Assembly (NCBI GenBank): GCA_950097015.1
Contig: CATNEN010000038.1
Span: 1,922,001-1,986,000 of the forward strand
Reading direction: 5' to 3'
Length of the DNA stretch: 64,000 bases
From: Macrostomum hystrix
Lineage: Eukaryota > Animalia > Platyhelminthes
The notes under the pieces are model-generated. The model searched no databases. It was not told the origin of the DNA and was given only the letters and a program-made list of their open reading frames with translations. This document shows, piece by piece, positions 43,001-53,207 of the stretch. How positions within the stretch are numbered: the stretch's first letter is position 1; each line of letters starts with the position of its first letter. A program made the position numbers and the translations under genes.

Positions 43001-46000
43001 CAGAATCCCTAATCTACCCTGTCACTAAAACCAGAATCCCTAATCTACCCTGTCACTAAAACCAGAATCCCTAATCTACCCTGTCACTAAAACCAGAATC
43101 CCTAATCTACCCTGTCACTAAAACCAGAATCCCTAATCTACCCTGTCACTAAAACCAGAATCCCTAATCTACCCTGTCACTAAAACCAGAATCCCTAATC
43201 CACCCTGTCACTAAAACCAGAATCCCTAATCTACCCTGTCACTAAAACCAGAATCCCTAATCCACCCTGTCACTAAAACCAGAATCCCTAATCTACCCTG
43301 TCACTAAACTCAGAATCCCTAATCTACCCTGTCACTAAAACCAGAATCCCTAATCCACCCTGTCACTAAAACCAGAATCCCTAATCTACCCTGTCACTAA
43401 ACTCAGAATCCCTAATCCACCCTGTCACTAAAACCAGAATCCCTAATCTACCCTGTCACTAAAACCAGAATCCCTAATCCACCCTGTCACTAAAACCAGA
43501 ATCCCTAATCTACCCTGTCACTAAAACCAGAATCCCTAATCCACCCTGTCACTAAAACCAGAATCCCTAATCTACCCTGTCACTAAAACCAGAATCCCTA
43601 ATCTACCCTGTCACTAAAACCAGAATCCCTAATCTACCCTGTCACTAAAACCAGAATCCCTAATCTACCCTGTCACTAAAACCAGAATCCCTAATCCACC
43701 CTGTCACTAAAACCAGAATCCCTAATCTACCCTGTCACTAAAACCAGAATCCCTAATCCACCCTGTCACTAAAACCAGAATCCCTAATCTACCCTGTCAC
43801 TAAAACCAGAATCCCTAATCTACCCTGTCACTAAAACCAGAATCCCTAATCTAACCTGTCACTAAAACCAGAATCCCTAATCTACCCTGTCACTAAAACC
43901 AGAATCCCTAATCTAACCTGTCACTAAAACCAGAATCCCTAATCTACCCTGTCACTAAAACCAGAATCCCTAATCTAACCTGTCACTAAATTCCCAATTC
44001 CGAAATATTTTCAATTACAAGGTCAAGTCTGTGTTCTAACCAGGCGCCTTCAAAAGTTAAAAGTGCAAATGCCAGCAGGCGAACCTTTCCCATAGCCGCG
44101 TCCTTCGTCAGCCCGGAGTGCACATCCGAGGCTGCCTTCAGAGCGGCCAGCATTGCCTCGGCGGAAGCGGCTGCTTGAGGCTCGCATCCCACCAGCTCGC
44201 AGAACTGCTTGGTTGATTTCGTGGCCGATCGAATTGTTTCAGTTCGGCCGCGCTTGAAAGCCGAGGTGCTGCAGGACTCGTAGGTTGCGGCAGTGCGGCC
44301 ACCGCTCAGCCAATAGTAAGCCAGCTGGATGGCCGTCTGTGACACGGAGTCCGGGCTCAGGCCGGCTCGCTTGGCAGCGGATTTGCCCAGGCCATCGAAT
44401 TGCCAGAAGTCCAAGTCGAGATCGGCCGTCCTGGTTGCTAGGCAACTGCGCGCCTCAACAATGGCCGATTTGAGACCGTCGTCCAAGTCGAACTCCAATC
44501 GGCGGACAGAAGCGGAGTCCGGGCTGGTCGGAGTGGCCGAGCCTCCGGACAGGGCGGGCCGGCTGGGCAGATGGGGAAGCAATGTTTGGGGAGATGAATG
44601 ACTGCAGTCTGAAAATCTCATGTTTGATTTAATACCGCAGTCAGTCCGGGGGGTGAGTGCATGGCAGAGTGGGTATCGCGTTTGCCTCTCGCACCAAGGC
44701 TTCTGAGCTCGATTAAGCGGCATGGGGGCTTGTAGTGCAAGTTGCGCACTTGAGGGCCAACCTCCAAGGCACAGTGAGAGTGTACAGTGGCTGACGATTA
44801 GAAAGTCAGGGCAGATGTACACACCTGTGTGAGCGTGTGCCTGCGTACAGTATCTGTGTGCGTGTGTGCTCAGGAGTCAGCAAGTTGGGCAGAATTGCCT
44901 CCTCGCTGGCTGCGGGTCTAGTGTCTAGTGCCGCAGCTCTCCTGCAATTATTATTAATATAATACTGCAGTTTCGAAGTCTTATCCTTGACCTGATGCTG
45001 CAGTCTCAAATCTCACAAAACTGACTACTCACCGATTCGAATCGTTGAAGACTTCGTTAAAGTAGCGTGAGACGGCGACGCCGTCGCCCCAGCTGTGCTC
45101 GAAGCTGACGGCGAGCTCGCCGAGCGGCATGACGCCGAGTAGGCAGAGGCTCTTGTCCCACCAGCGATTGGCGCCGTCGCCGGAGTGTAGGAAGGCGTGG
45201 CACAGGGCCGCATCGTCCATCTGCTGAGCCTCGTCAAGGCACACCAAGAACAGGGCGGAGTCGATGGCCTCCAGCGAGGTTGAGTTGACCTTGGAGGCGT
45301 GCGCTAGGCGCTGTCGCTGCTGAGTCCACTGGTCGCGATCGGCTGACGTCAGGACGCCGACTGGGAACTCGGCGGGAGGCCGGGTGTCGGCCAGGCAGGC
45401 GGCCACGCGGGCCCGGATGTCGCCGGCCGAGACGATGCTGCGACCGTCCGGCTGGAAATAAGAGGCTGAGAAATGAGTACTAAAGGATTCTATGAAAAAC
45501 CTGAAGAATCATATGAGAAACCTGAAGGATTCTATGAGAAACCTGAAGGATTCAATTAGATACCTGAAGGATTCAATGAGATACCTGAAGGATTCAATTA
45601 GATACCTGAAGGATTCAATGAAATACCTGAAGGATTCAATGAGATACCTGAAGGATTCAATGAGATACCTGAAGGATTCAATTAGATACCTGAAGGATTC
45701 AATGAAATACCTGAAGGATTCAATGAGATACCTGAAGGATTCAATGAGATACCTGAAGGATTCTATGAGATACCTGAGGGATTCAATGAGAACCCAAAGT
45801 AATAATCAAGGAAATAAGAAAGCAGCACCGAAGCCGTTCAAACCTGAATGATATCGAAGCTGTAGAAGCGGCCACCGCGCATCAGCACAATGTGACGCGA
45901 GTCCGGATAGCGCCTGAGCGAATCCCGGCCAGGCTGTGGCAGCCGAGTGGAAGCCATCAGGTTGGGGTACTGGGACATGTCCAACGGGAACGCCTTGTGC

Positions 46001-46931
46001 AGGTAGGCGGCAGGCCAAGCCAGGCGGGAATGGCCGGGAATTCTGCGAAAGAGACAGGTGAGAATTGGGTCAGACCGAATGGTAGCAGACTCAGCTGACA
46101 GGTAGACCAGATTAGCAGACCAGAGTTCAGATTAACAGACATGTTATTTATATTGATTGACAGCTAGATCAGATTAACAGACAGGTTATTTATATTGATT
46201 GACAGCTAGATCAGATTAACAGACGGGTCGATTGCGGTAAATTAGATTGATTGACAGGTAGCCAGATTGATAGGTACAGAGAGTGAATGTCACAGCACAA
46301 GTTAAACCCGCTCAGCTTACTTAGACAGCATTTTCATCCGGCTATAAAACTTATCCTCGCTTAGCTTGGGATCTAGAAAGTACACCTCAGGTTTGAGTAG
46401 TCCATTAGCATAGGCCAGGTGGTACCTAGCGGATGAGTACAGCATGTTGGTGAGCCTGTCAAGCGGCTCGATGGGATGAGGCGAGGGGGCGAAGGCCAGG
46501 AAGGGAGTGTAGTTGAGCACAACGGATCTCCTGTCACGCAGGTACATATCGAACCACAGCTCGCTGACATAATTGCCGTCACTGTTGGCTTTGTCATAGT
46601 CTATCAGCAGCTTCTGCAGCTCCGGCCCGTCCTGTTTGATAAATTCCTGGCAGATAAGAGTCGTAGCCGAGAACTGTTCGTCAGTTAGGAGCGGCCTCTG
46701 TGATTTCAGATATTTTTCCACGCTTGAGTTCAAATCGGGCACCTTCAGGTGGGGCAGGCTGGCCTGGAAGAATTCGGTGTGCACTGGACTGCGGTGGAGC
46801 AGGTGCTGGTCAAGGATCTGGTCGGTGCTGGCGGTGGCAAACGGTGCCTGCAGCTGGTAGCCAGATTGTTGGCTGGCTAAAAGTGTGCGCCGATGCGGCA
46901 GCTGGACGCGACGCAAAATTACTGGCAGCAT
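40013..46931 (-). CDS. CPT2: Carnitine palmitoyltransferase 2, mitochondrial; exons 46931-46321, 46042-45844, 45451-45033, 44562-44085, 40345-40013
   Basis: FQASLPHLKVPDL, WFDMYLRDRRSVVLNY, FPLDMSQY, NRWWDKS, catalytic FEHSWGDGVAV, TYESCSTSAFKRGRTETIR, GWDRHLFAL, LSTSTL..GGFAPV..GFGVGY; junctions in phase. Confidence 0.95.
40508..43990. repeat. 31-bp satellite (ACCCTGTCACTAAAACCAGAATCCCTAATCT), ~3.5 kb, filling CPT2 intron 4
   Basis: About 112 highly homogeneous copies. Confidence 0.98.
44648..44955 (+). mobile_element. tRNA-derived SINE family 1 in CPT2 intron 3
   Basis: Head TGGCAGAGTGG (A-box-like) and conserved body. Confidence 0.85.
45482..45792. repeat. 21-bp intronic minisatellite (GATACCTGAAGGATTCAATGA) in CPT2 intron 2
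   Basis: Tandem copies; the YLKDSMR ORF is an artefact. Confidence 0.95.
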
Positions 46932-47087
46932 GCTGGCTGGCCTCTTCAAATAGGCTGCAAATAGTCATGCGACGTGTGGGATAAGCTGCGAAGTCTTCAA
47001 CTACTTATAGTAGTCATATACGAGCTATTATGGAAAACTGTGGGTTAGAAAACTAATTCAGAATTTACCTGTAGCAAATAATAAATA

Positions 47088-47536
47088 GAATCAAATGTGC
47101 AGCCGACAGCACAGTCGCAGCTATTGCGCAGCGTATCTGAAAGCTGCGTACCGCTGTTCGGTCTGTAACACACTAAAAGTGGAGAACGAACCTCGCGCCG
47201 GCAGACCGAGACCGGTTTCTGGCTTGTTTGCCTTCGTCAGTCAGCCATAGCCACACGCAGTCCTCTCCCACCACTCTCAGTGTGCACAGAAGTCTCTTTT
47301 AAGCTTGCCATTTTTATGGCGATATTTTTTTAGTGTTATGTGAGAGTTTTGCAGCCAAGTCTTTGCTTTTCTACTGTTGTCAGTAGTCTGAATTGTATCT
47401 CTCACACGGTCCATGGACTGGGGAGACGGCACACCCATTCTCAATTACCCCAAATAAATGTGGCCTCGCCGTTAAATCTAACTTAGGGACCTTGGTGCTG
47501 GAGGCAAGCGCATTAACCGCTCTGCCAGCGACCCCA
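47088..47536 (-). mobile_element. tRNA-derived SINE family 2, interrupted by the solo LTR
   Basis: Joined across the LTR TSD, the flanks match the reverse complement of 59285-59525 (CCCCAGTCCATG.A, GCTGTCGGCTGC). Confidence 0.7.
47164..47406. mobile_element. 243-bp solo LTR (TGTAACA...CTCACA) with perfect TSD CGGTC
   Basis: TG..CA termini, 5-bp TSD, second copy at 19540-19782. Confidence 0.9.
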
Positions 47537-48126
47537 TTTGCTCTGCATAAACCTCGATGGCGATAATAAAATAATCAACAATTGTTTCATAGTTAAATTT
47601 TGCCACCAGACAAGCCGACAAGAATCGTTGGATATCTTGACGATGCCTGATGTTTTTTATTCTGGAAGCTTTTTCATCGGATAGAGCGGGAAATCATTGC
47701 TCATGCTCAGAATTTTCATGGCGATTGGTTGTATATTTTGGGTGATACAGACAAAAAGAAATTTGAATTTGAAATACCTCTCGTGGTCTCTCTACTGTTA
47801 ATTGTTTTCAGTGCTAATTATTATTAATTTTCTGCTTGCTTCTGACTTTCTTAAGTTGCAACCCAAGAAACATTTGCGGAAGAGGTGAGCGAGCTTTGAA
47901 CGGAAATATAAACGCTGGCTTAGAGAGACTTGTGTGAGAAATGAGCGCAATAGACCACAGACCACAGCGCGGCGCACACGCAAGCAAAACTTAAGAATTT
48001 GGCAGCCGCAGTGAAGCAGGCAACACATTGCGTGTACAGTTCTCTGTTATATAAGCGACTGGCTTCTGTTGCAAATGCTTAGCTTGTGAAGTGAAAGCTG
48101 AGCTAATTAACTCCTATTGTGACAGC

Positions 48127-48727
48127 ATGCTCAACTTAATCCAAGGCGAATTCGTGATACTCGGAGCTGCCATCGTCCTGACTGTCGCGGCAATGTGCGC
48201 CTTCCATAGCCAAAGAAGGTGGCCAAAGAAGAAACGGAACAGAACCAGCTACGGCAACAGCAACAGGTGCAGCCTGGACTGCTCAACTGCTGCTCTGGAC
48301 AATGACAGACAGTTGGTGAGAGTGCTCACGGATGTATTTGAATTTATCTGCTGCGATTATCACCAGAGTTAAGCATGCAAGTAGCCCCTAAGCAAAAGTG
48401 CAAATGCTAATTGTGGCCTACTTAAACAGACCAGCCAGATCTACAGTCCATATATCAATGTCTGCTTTCAACATTCGCATGAAGAAATGAAAGAGAAAGA
48501 AAACTTCTACCATCAAGGGGAACCAACTTTGCAAGAGAAAGGTAAGCCAAAAATTAAATTCACATTTTGTAAAGGCTTTCAATGCACCAATTTACATAGA
48601 ATATGCAAAAATATTCATTTCAGGCCTCGAAAACTCTATAAGAAACAAAGAGGAACAATGGATAATTCCTGTGGAAGAAATTGACGAGGATGTAATCAAC
48701 GAAAACATCACTGTTACACGATTTTGA
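48127..48727 (+). CDS. Small 134-aa single-pass membrane protein; exons 48127-48315, 48430-48541, 48624-48727
   Basis: TM helix FVILGAAIVLTVAAMCAF followed by a basic stretch RRWPKKKR; two in-phase GT-AG introns; ends VTRF. Confidence 0.6.
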
Positions 48728-49780
48728 ATTTTTCTGTCAAGGTAGTTTCAAAATCACAAAAGTCTACACACAAATATGCAAATATGGTCTAGCTACTTAT
48801 CTACTCTGTCACTCAGCTGTGGTACAATAATTATTAAAATATATTTACTTGTAACTAAAATAAGTTCTACAAATACTTGAGTCATGACTTCCATTTCTTG
48901 AGCAATGTAGCTCAGTACAAAAAGTATATAATTTCATCAACTGGGGTTGTAGAAACTGATTCCTGCAGTTGGTCACTTAGTCCACTAGCCAACTGGAAGA
49001 CCCTATGAGTTAACACGAGGAAAGCATGATATTATTGGACCAATATGGATTCACCAAATAATATTCCAAATACAATGAATTAAGGGAATTGTGTGTGACA
49101 TGACTGAGTTACAGAGAGTGAGAGGCAGAGTGAGGGTGAGATGGAGAGACAGAAAAAGAGGGAGATGAAGGGAGATTGACAAAGAGAAGCAGAATAGTGT
49201 TTTAGCAAATTTGTTGTGAGTTCACACAAATTCTGCCTGTGTTTTGCCTGGGAAAGTCCTGGGAAATCATAAAAGTGTGAAACTTGGAATAAGGAACAAA
49301 GAGTTAACAAGATTTTTGCCTTAATTAGCTGACATGAAAATTGAATTCTATAAAATAAAGAATATAATTTACCAGACATTGTTGCTGTTCCTATAAATAT
49401 CAATTATTTGGTTAGCATTTTACCAATTCTGATTCAATATGAATATTCAGTTAATTTGATTAGAAAAAAATCAGATTATTTGTCTCATCCTTAAGCTAAT
49501 ACAATATAGGCAAAAGAACCAACACATTAAAAAATAATAAATTCAAAGAGTTTAATAAAATAAATCCAACTGTATTTTACTTTACTAAAAACTTCTTTAT
49601 GAAAATATTTTCTATGTATTTATTATACTAGATCATTAAAAACAGTAACAAAATTGTCACTGATATTCCTAGTGACAATGTAGAATAGATAAGAATTGAT
49701 AGACTAGTATATTTTTACAATGCAATATGCAACTAACCTAAATTCTATATAAATAAATCAGGGCTATGATAATAGCAAAA

Positions 49781-50130
49781 GGGGGTCGGTGGCAGTGGTT
49801 AACGCATTAGCCTCATGCACTACTGTCACTAGGTTCGATTCCGCGGCGAGGCCACATTTACTTGGGGCGCAGACAAAGAGAGAAGGCTTGGGGGCTTGCC
49901 ATGCAATTTATGACCTTAATGGCCAACCTCCAAGGCACAGTGAAGTGTGACACTTCTTAACGATGAGAAAGTCAGAGCAGATGTACACACCTGTGTGAGC
50001 GTGTGCCTAAGTATAGTATCTGAGTGCGTGTGCGCTCAGGAGTCAGCGAAATGGGCAGAACTGCCTCCTCGCTGGCTGCGTGTCTAGTGTCACTAAATGA
50101 TGTGCTACTGCCCACAGCCCACCTGCAATA
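49781..50130 (+). mobile_element. Full-length tRNA-derived SINE family 1
   Basis: A box GGTGGCAGTGG, B box GGTTCGATTCC, conserved body, AAT-rich tail; ATGATAATAGCAA recurs on both sides. Confidence 0.88.
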
Positions 50131-50357
50131 ATATGAATTATTCTTATGATAATAGCAACATTCAGAGACAATCCATCGTGACGTTAGTAATAATAAATGC
50201 TCAAATTATTTATCACTCAGCTAGTTAAATACTTCGGTGTTGGTTGCTAACTGCCATAGGTATCATAATTAACAGGGCAAGTTTCTTGGAATTTAACCAT
50301 TTTTAAATTAGGATTGAACGCGCAGATAACGAGGAATAAAATCATAAAGACTTTAAT

Positions 50358-50400
50358 CAAGGACCACTAGAAGAAGAAGATCTTCTTCTAGTGGTCCTTG
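50358..50400. mobile_element. 43-bp palindromic mini-element with 8-bp TSD ACTTTAAT
   Basis: 20-bp perfect inverted arms CAAGGACCACTAGAAGAAGA around a 3-nt loop. Confidence 0.8.
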
Positions 50401-51479
50401 ACTTTAATATCTTAAAATTGCAATCAATAGAAAAAGAAAATTTGCCCATAAACTAAAAAATACCAATACTACTAGCAAACATGCAGGCTTACAAATAAGC
50501 CCGTGATACTCGTATAATCTGGATGCTTAATGCAATAAATCAGGTTGTAAGCATTGCCGGCAGTCAAGTAACAAAACAAATAGTTTTAACATTAGTAGAA
50601 AGTGTTCAAAGCGAGCTAATTTTTAGTACTCAGTGTAAAAATTATATACGTTTTAAACTTTAAATAAATAACGTATTGTACTTATAATAATTTTTTATTT
50701 TGTAAATTTAAAGTAAAACCGCGAAAATGACGTTCACGCTGGAATAATTTGTTATGTATTCTTTATATCGTCTCTTGGCTAAAGAGTAAAAAAGGCTAAA
50801 GTAATTTTAATGTAGTAAAAATATGACATAAGTCCTAACCTAACCTAACTTTACCTAACCTTCAGGTGTCAGCTAAAATTGGAAGGATGTAAAGCTAAGA
50901 GAAGTGTCAAATCAAATGGGTGGTGCAAATCCAAGAGACAGCAAATTTTGACATTTTTCTCATGATTTCTGTCACCTATTTTAGCACTTTCTTGTTATTC
51001 AATAAACTTTTTAAGGAATAAAAATCAACAATGGCTTACAAATTAGCTCTCTGATTATGAGTTTTATATGGTTCCTATATTGGCTGTATAGTATAATACA
51101 ATTGGCCTCCTCCCTATTGAATGGATTATAGCAAACATACATGGACTTAGTCTCTTAGTCACTTTGTTTTTACTTTGACGCTCTTTTATTGAGATGTAAA
51201 GGTCCACAAAAACTTGGACAATTTGTCATTTGGATAACCAAGTGTCTAGGCTTAACAAAACTAGACAGCATGAAAGTATTGGCAAGGAAGGCATTAAAGA
51301 AAAAACTCACTATCGAGAATAGAGAAAACTCACAGGGAAAGATCTGGTAGTAAAATCTTGGCAAGAAAAATTTGCTGCAGTAAAATCATTTAGAAAGTCA
51401 TTTTTGAAAGTTGAATTAGATAGGCCCTAACCATTTTGGGAAATTGTGGTGCTCCTAGATTATTTCTTCTAGCCTCAAA

Positions 51480-51960
51480 CAAGTCATGGAAAACATTGAG
51501 TGTGGGCTCAATACTATGCAAAATCAGCTTAATGTTTGCTGTGACTCCCCAAAAATATGATCAAGCCAACTTTTTTCATATCTGGCTTTCACCATAGACT
51601 TATTTAGCCTGGCATCATTAAATCAGAGTTCCACACTCAGACAATCACAAATCTTAAGGACAACATGTCCAAAAAGTGAAGACTTGTCCAAAAACCATCC
51701 ACCCTTTTCTATAAATTTACTTGTCTATATATTGCTGCCAGTATGCAGGCTGCTATCAACAAGCTTAGGTTTGATATATTGAAGCATCCACTATACAGTC
51801 CTGACCTGATCTTGCTCTATATTTCTTTGACATTTTCCCTTAACTAGAAAAGCACCTCAGGGGTAGAATTTTTGTCTCCTTGGGCCTTAAACAAAAGGTC
51901 TATCATTGCCTCCTATACAAGATCCTAGAGACAAATTGGGTCTGCAATCAATGCCCAGTG
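51480..51960 (+). mobile_element. Degraded mariner transposase remnant
   Basis: AAGCATCCACTATACAGTCCTGACCTG = KHPLYSPDL (HPPYSPDL motif), followed by FP.LEKHLRGRIF; contains stops and frameshifts. Confidence 0.6.
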
Positions 51961-51986
51961 CTATCAGTAGTAAAAGTGTATGCACC

Positions 51987-52501
51987 CCATAGTCCAGATT
52001 ATGCTGGGCTTACGCCGGAGGTAAACTCTAGCTTTTTTAGGACTTACGCCAGCACAGTTACTCCCATGTTTGTCTGCTAAAAAATTTTGCCAACAGAAAA
52101 AGGCAATAATTCAAAATTATTTATTTGTGAGACAGAAAATACTTTCAGGCAGAATTTAATTAAAATTTTTTTCTTTGCTTAGCTTCTAAAAAATAACAGG
52201 TTCACTTTATCCTCAGTTTTATGCTTAACAAAAACTTTGTTATACTTTTAAAAATTTATGCAAAGTTAATGCATTTTGAAAATGAATAGTAAAATGACCA
52301 AAATATACGCTATTTTGCTTCTATGCTTCTTACAGCTTAACACTAATACTTACTGCAATTTTTGTCAAAAATCTATTTATGCCACAGTTACTCTGGTGTT
52401 TTTCTAGTTTAAAAATTTATGCCTAACTACCCCCCGACTTTTGGCATAAGGCAGTCTTACGCTGGAGAAATCCGGCATAACTGACATGATCCCAACTATG
52501 G
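51987..52501. mobile_element. Non-autonomous hAT-like element, TIR CCATAGT/ACTATGG
   Basis: Perfect 8-bp TSD TATGCACC; same TIR type as 9952-10377. Confidence 0.8.
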
Positions 52502-53207
52502 TATGCACCTAGCTTGTGCAATGTGGAAAATGCTTCAAACCAATCTGATAATAATAACTGAAAACTCCATGACATAGTGAAGACTGACTACAAAGGATCT
52601 TTGGTAAGACATCATATCACTTTTGTGTTTAATTAGTGCTTTTGTTTGTTCCTTAAATCTAGTTTTATCAGTATTTGCTAGCTTCTGATTTAAGACACAA
52701 TATAGTGAAAAAAAATTAAGTCAACTTTATTATCTCAACTTAAACTTAAAACTTTTACAGATTAATTTTTTTATCTGTAAAAAATATTAAAAAATATAAG
52801 ATCTTAAAATATTTATTTTATATATATATTATCTTTATTTTAAAGATTAAAGATCTTTAAAACTTTTTTAAAGATATATATCATATTCTTGTGATGTTTG
52901 TCATTTTATTTTACATATTTGCATTTAAACCTTTAAATGTTGATTATAGTGGCTAAGCCAAGCCATTGTATTGCTGATATAACTCATACCAATATTTCCT
53001 AAGCTCAAATCTGTCAAAAAGGATTAATTTAACTTTTTATATTAATACACTCGTACTTTTTTAATGAGATATGTGACGAAACAGAGAATATTTTTAACCT
53101 ATAGAAAACTCTAACCTAACTAAACCTAATTAAACTAATTGAACTCTAAAATTCTAAAAGTCTTTTTCTAATATTCTCTGATTTTCAGGTGAAGAAAAAG
53201 GCAAAAA

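Noticed and set aside
40508-43990. Interstitial telomere
   Set aside because: Only one CCCTAA per 31-bp unit, not a (TTAGGG)n tract
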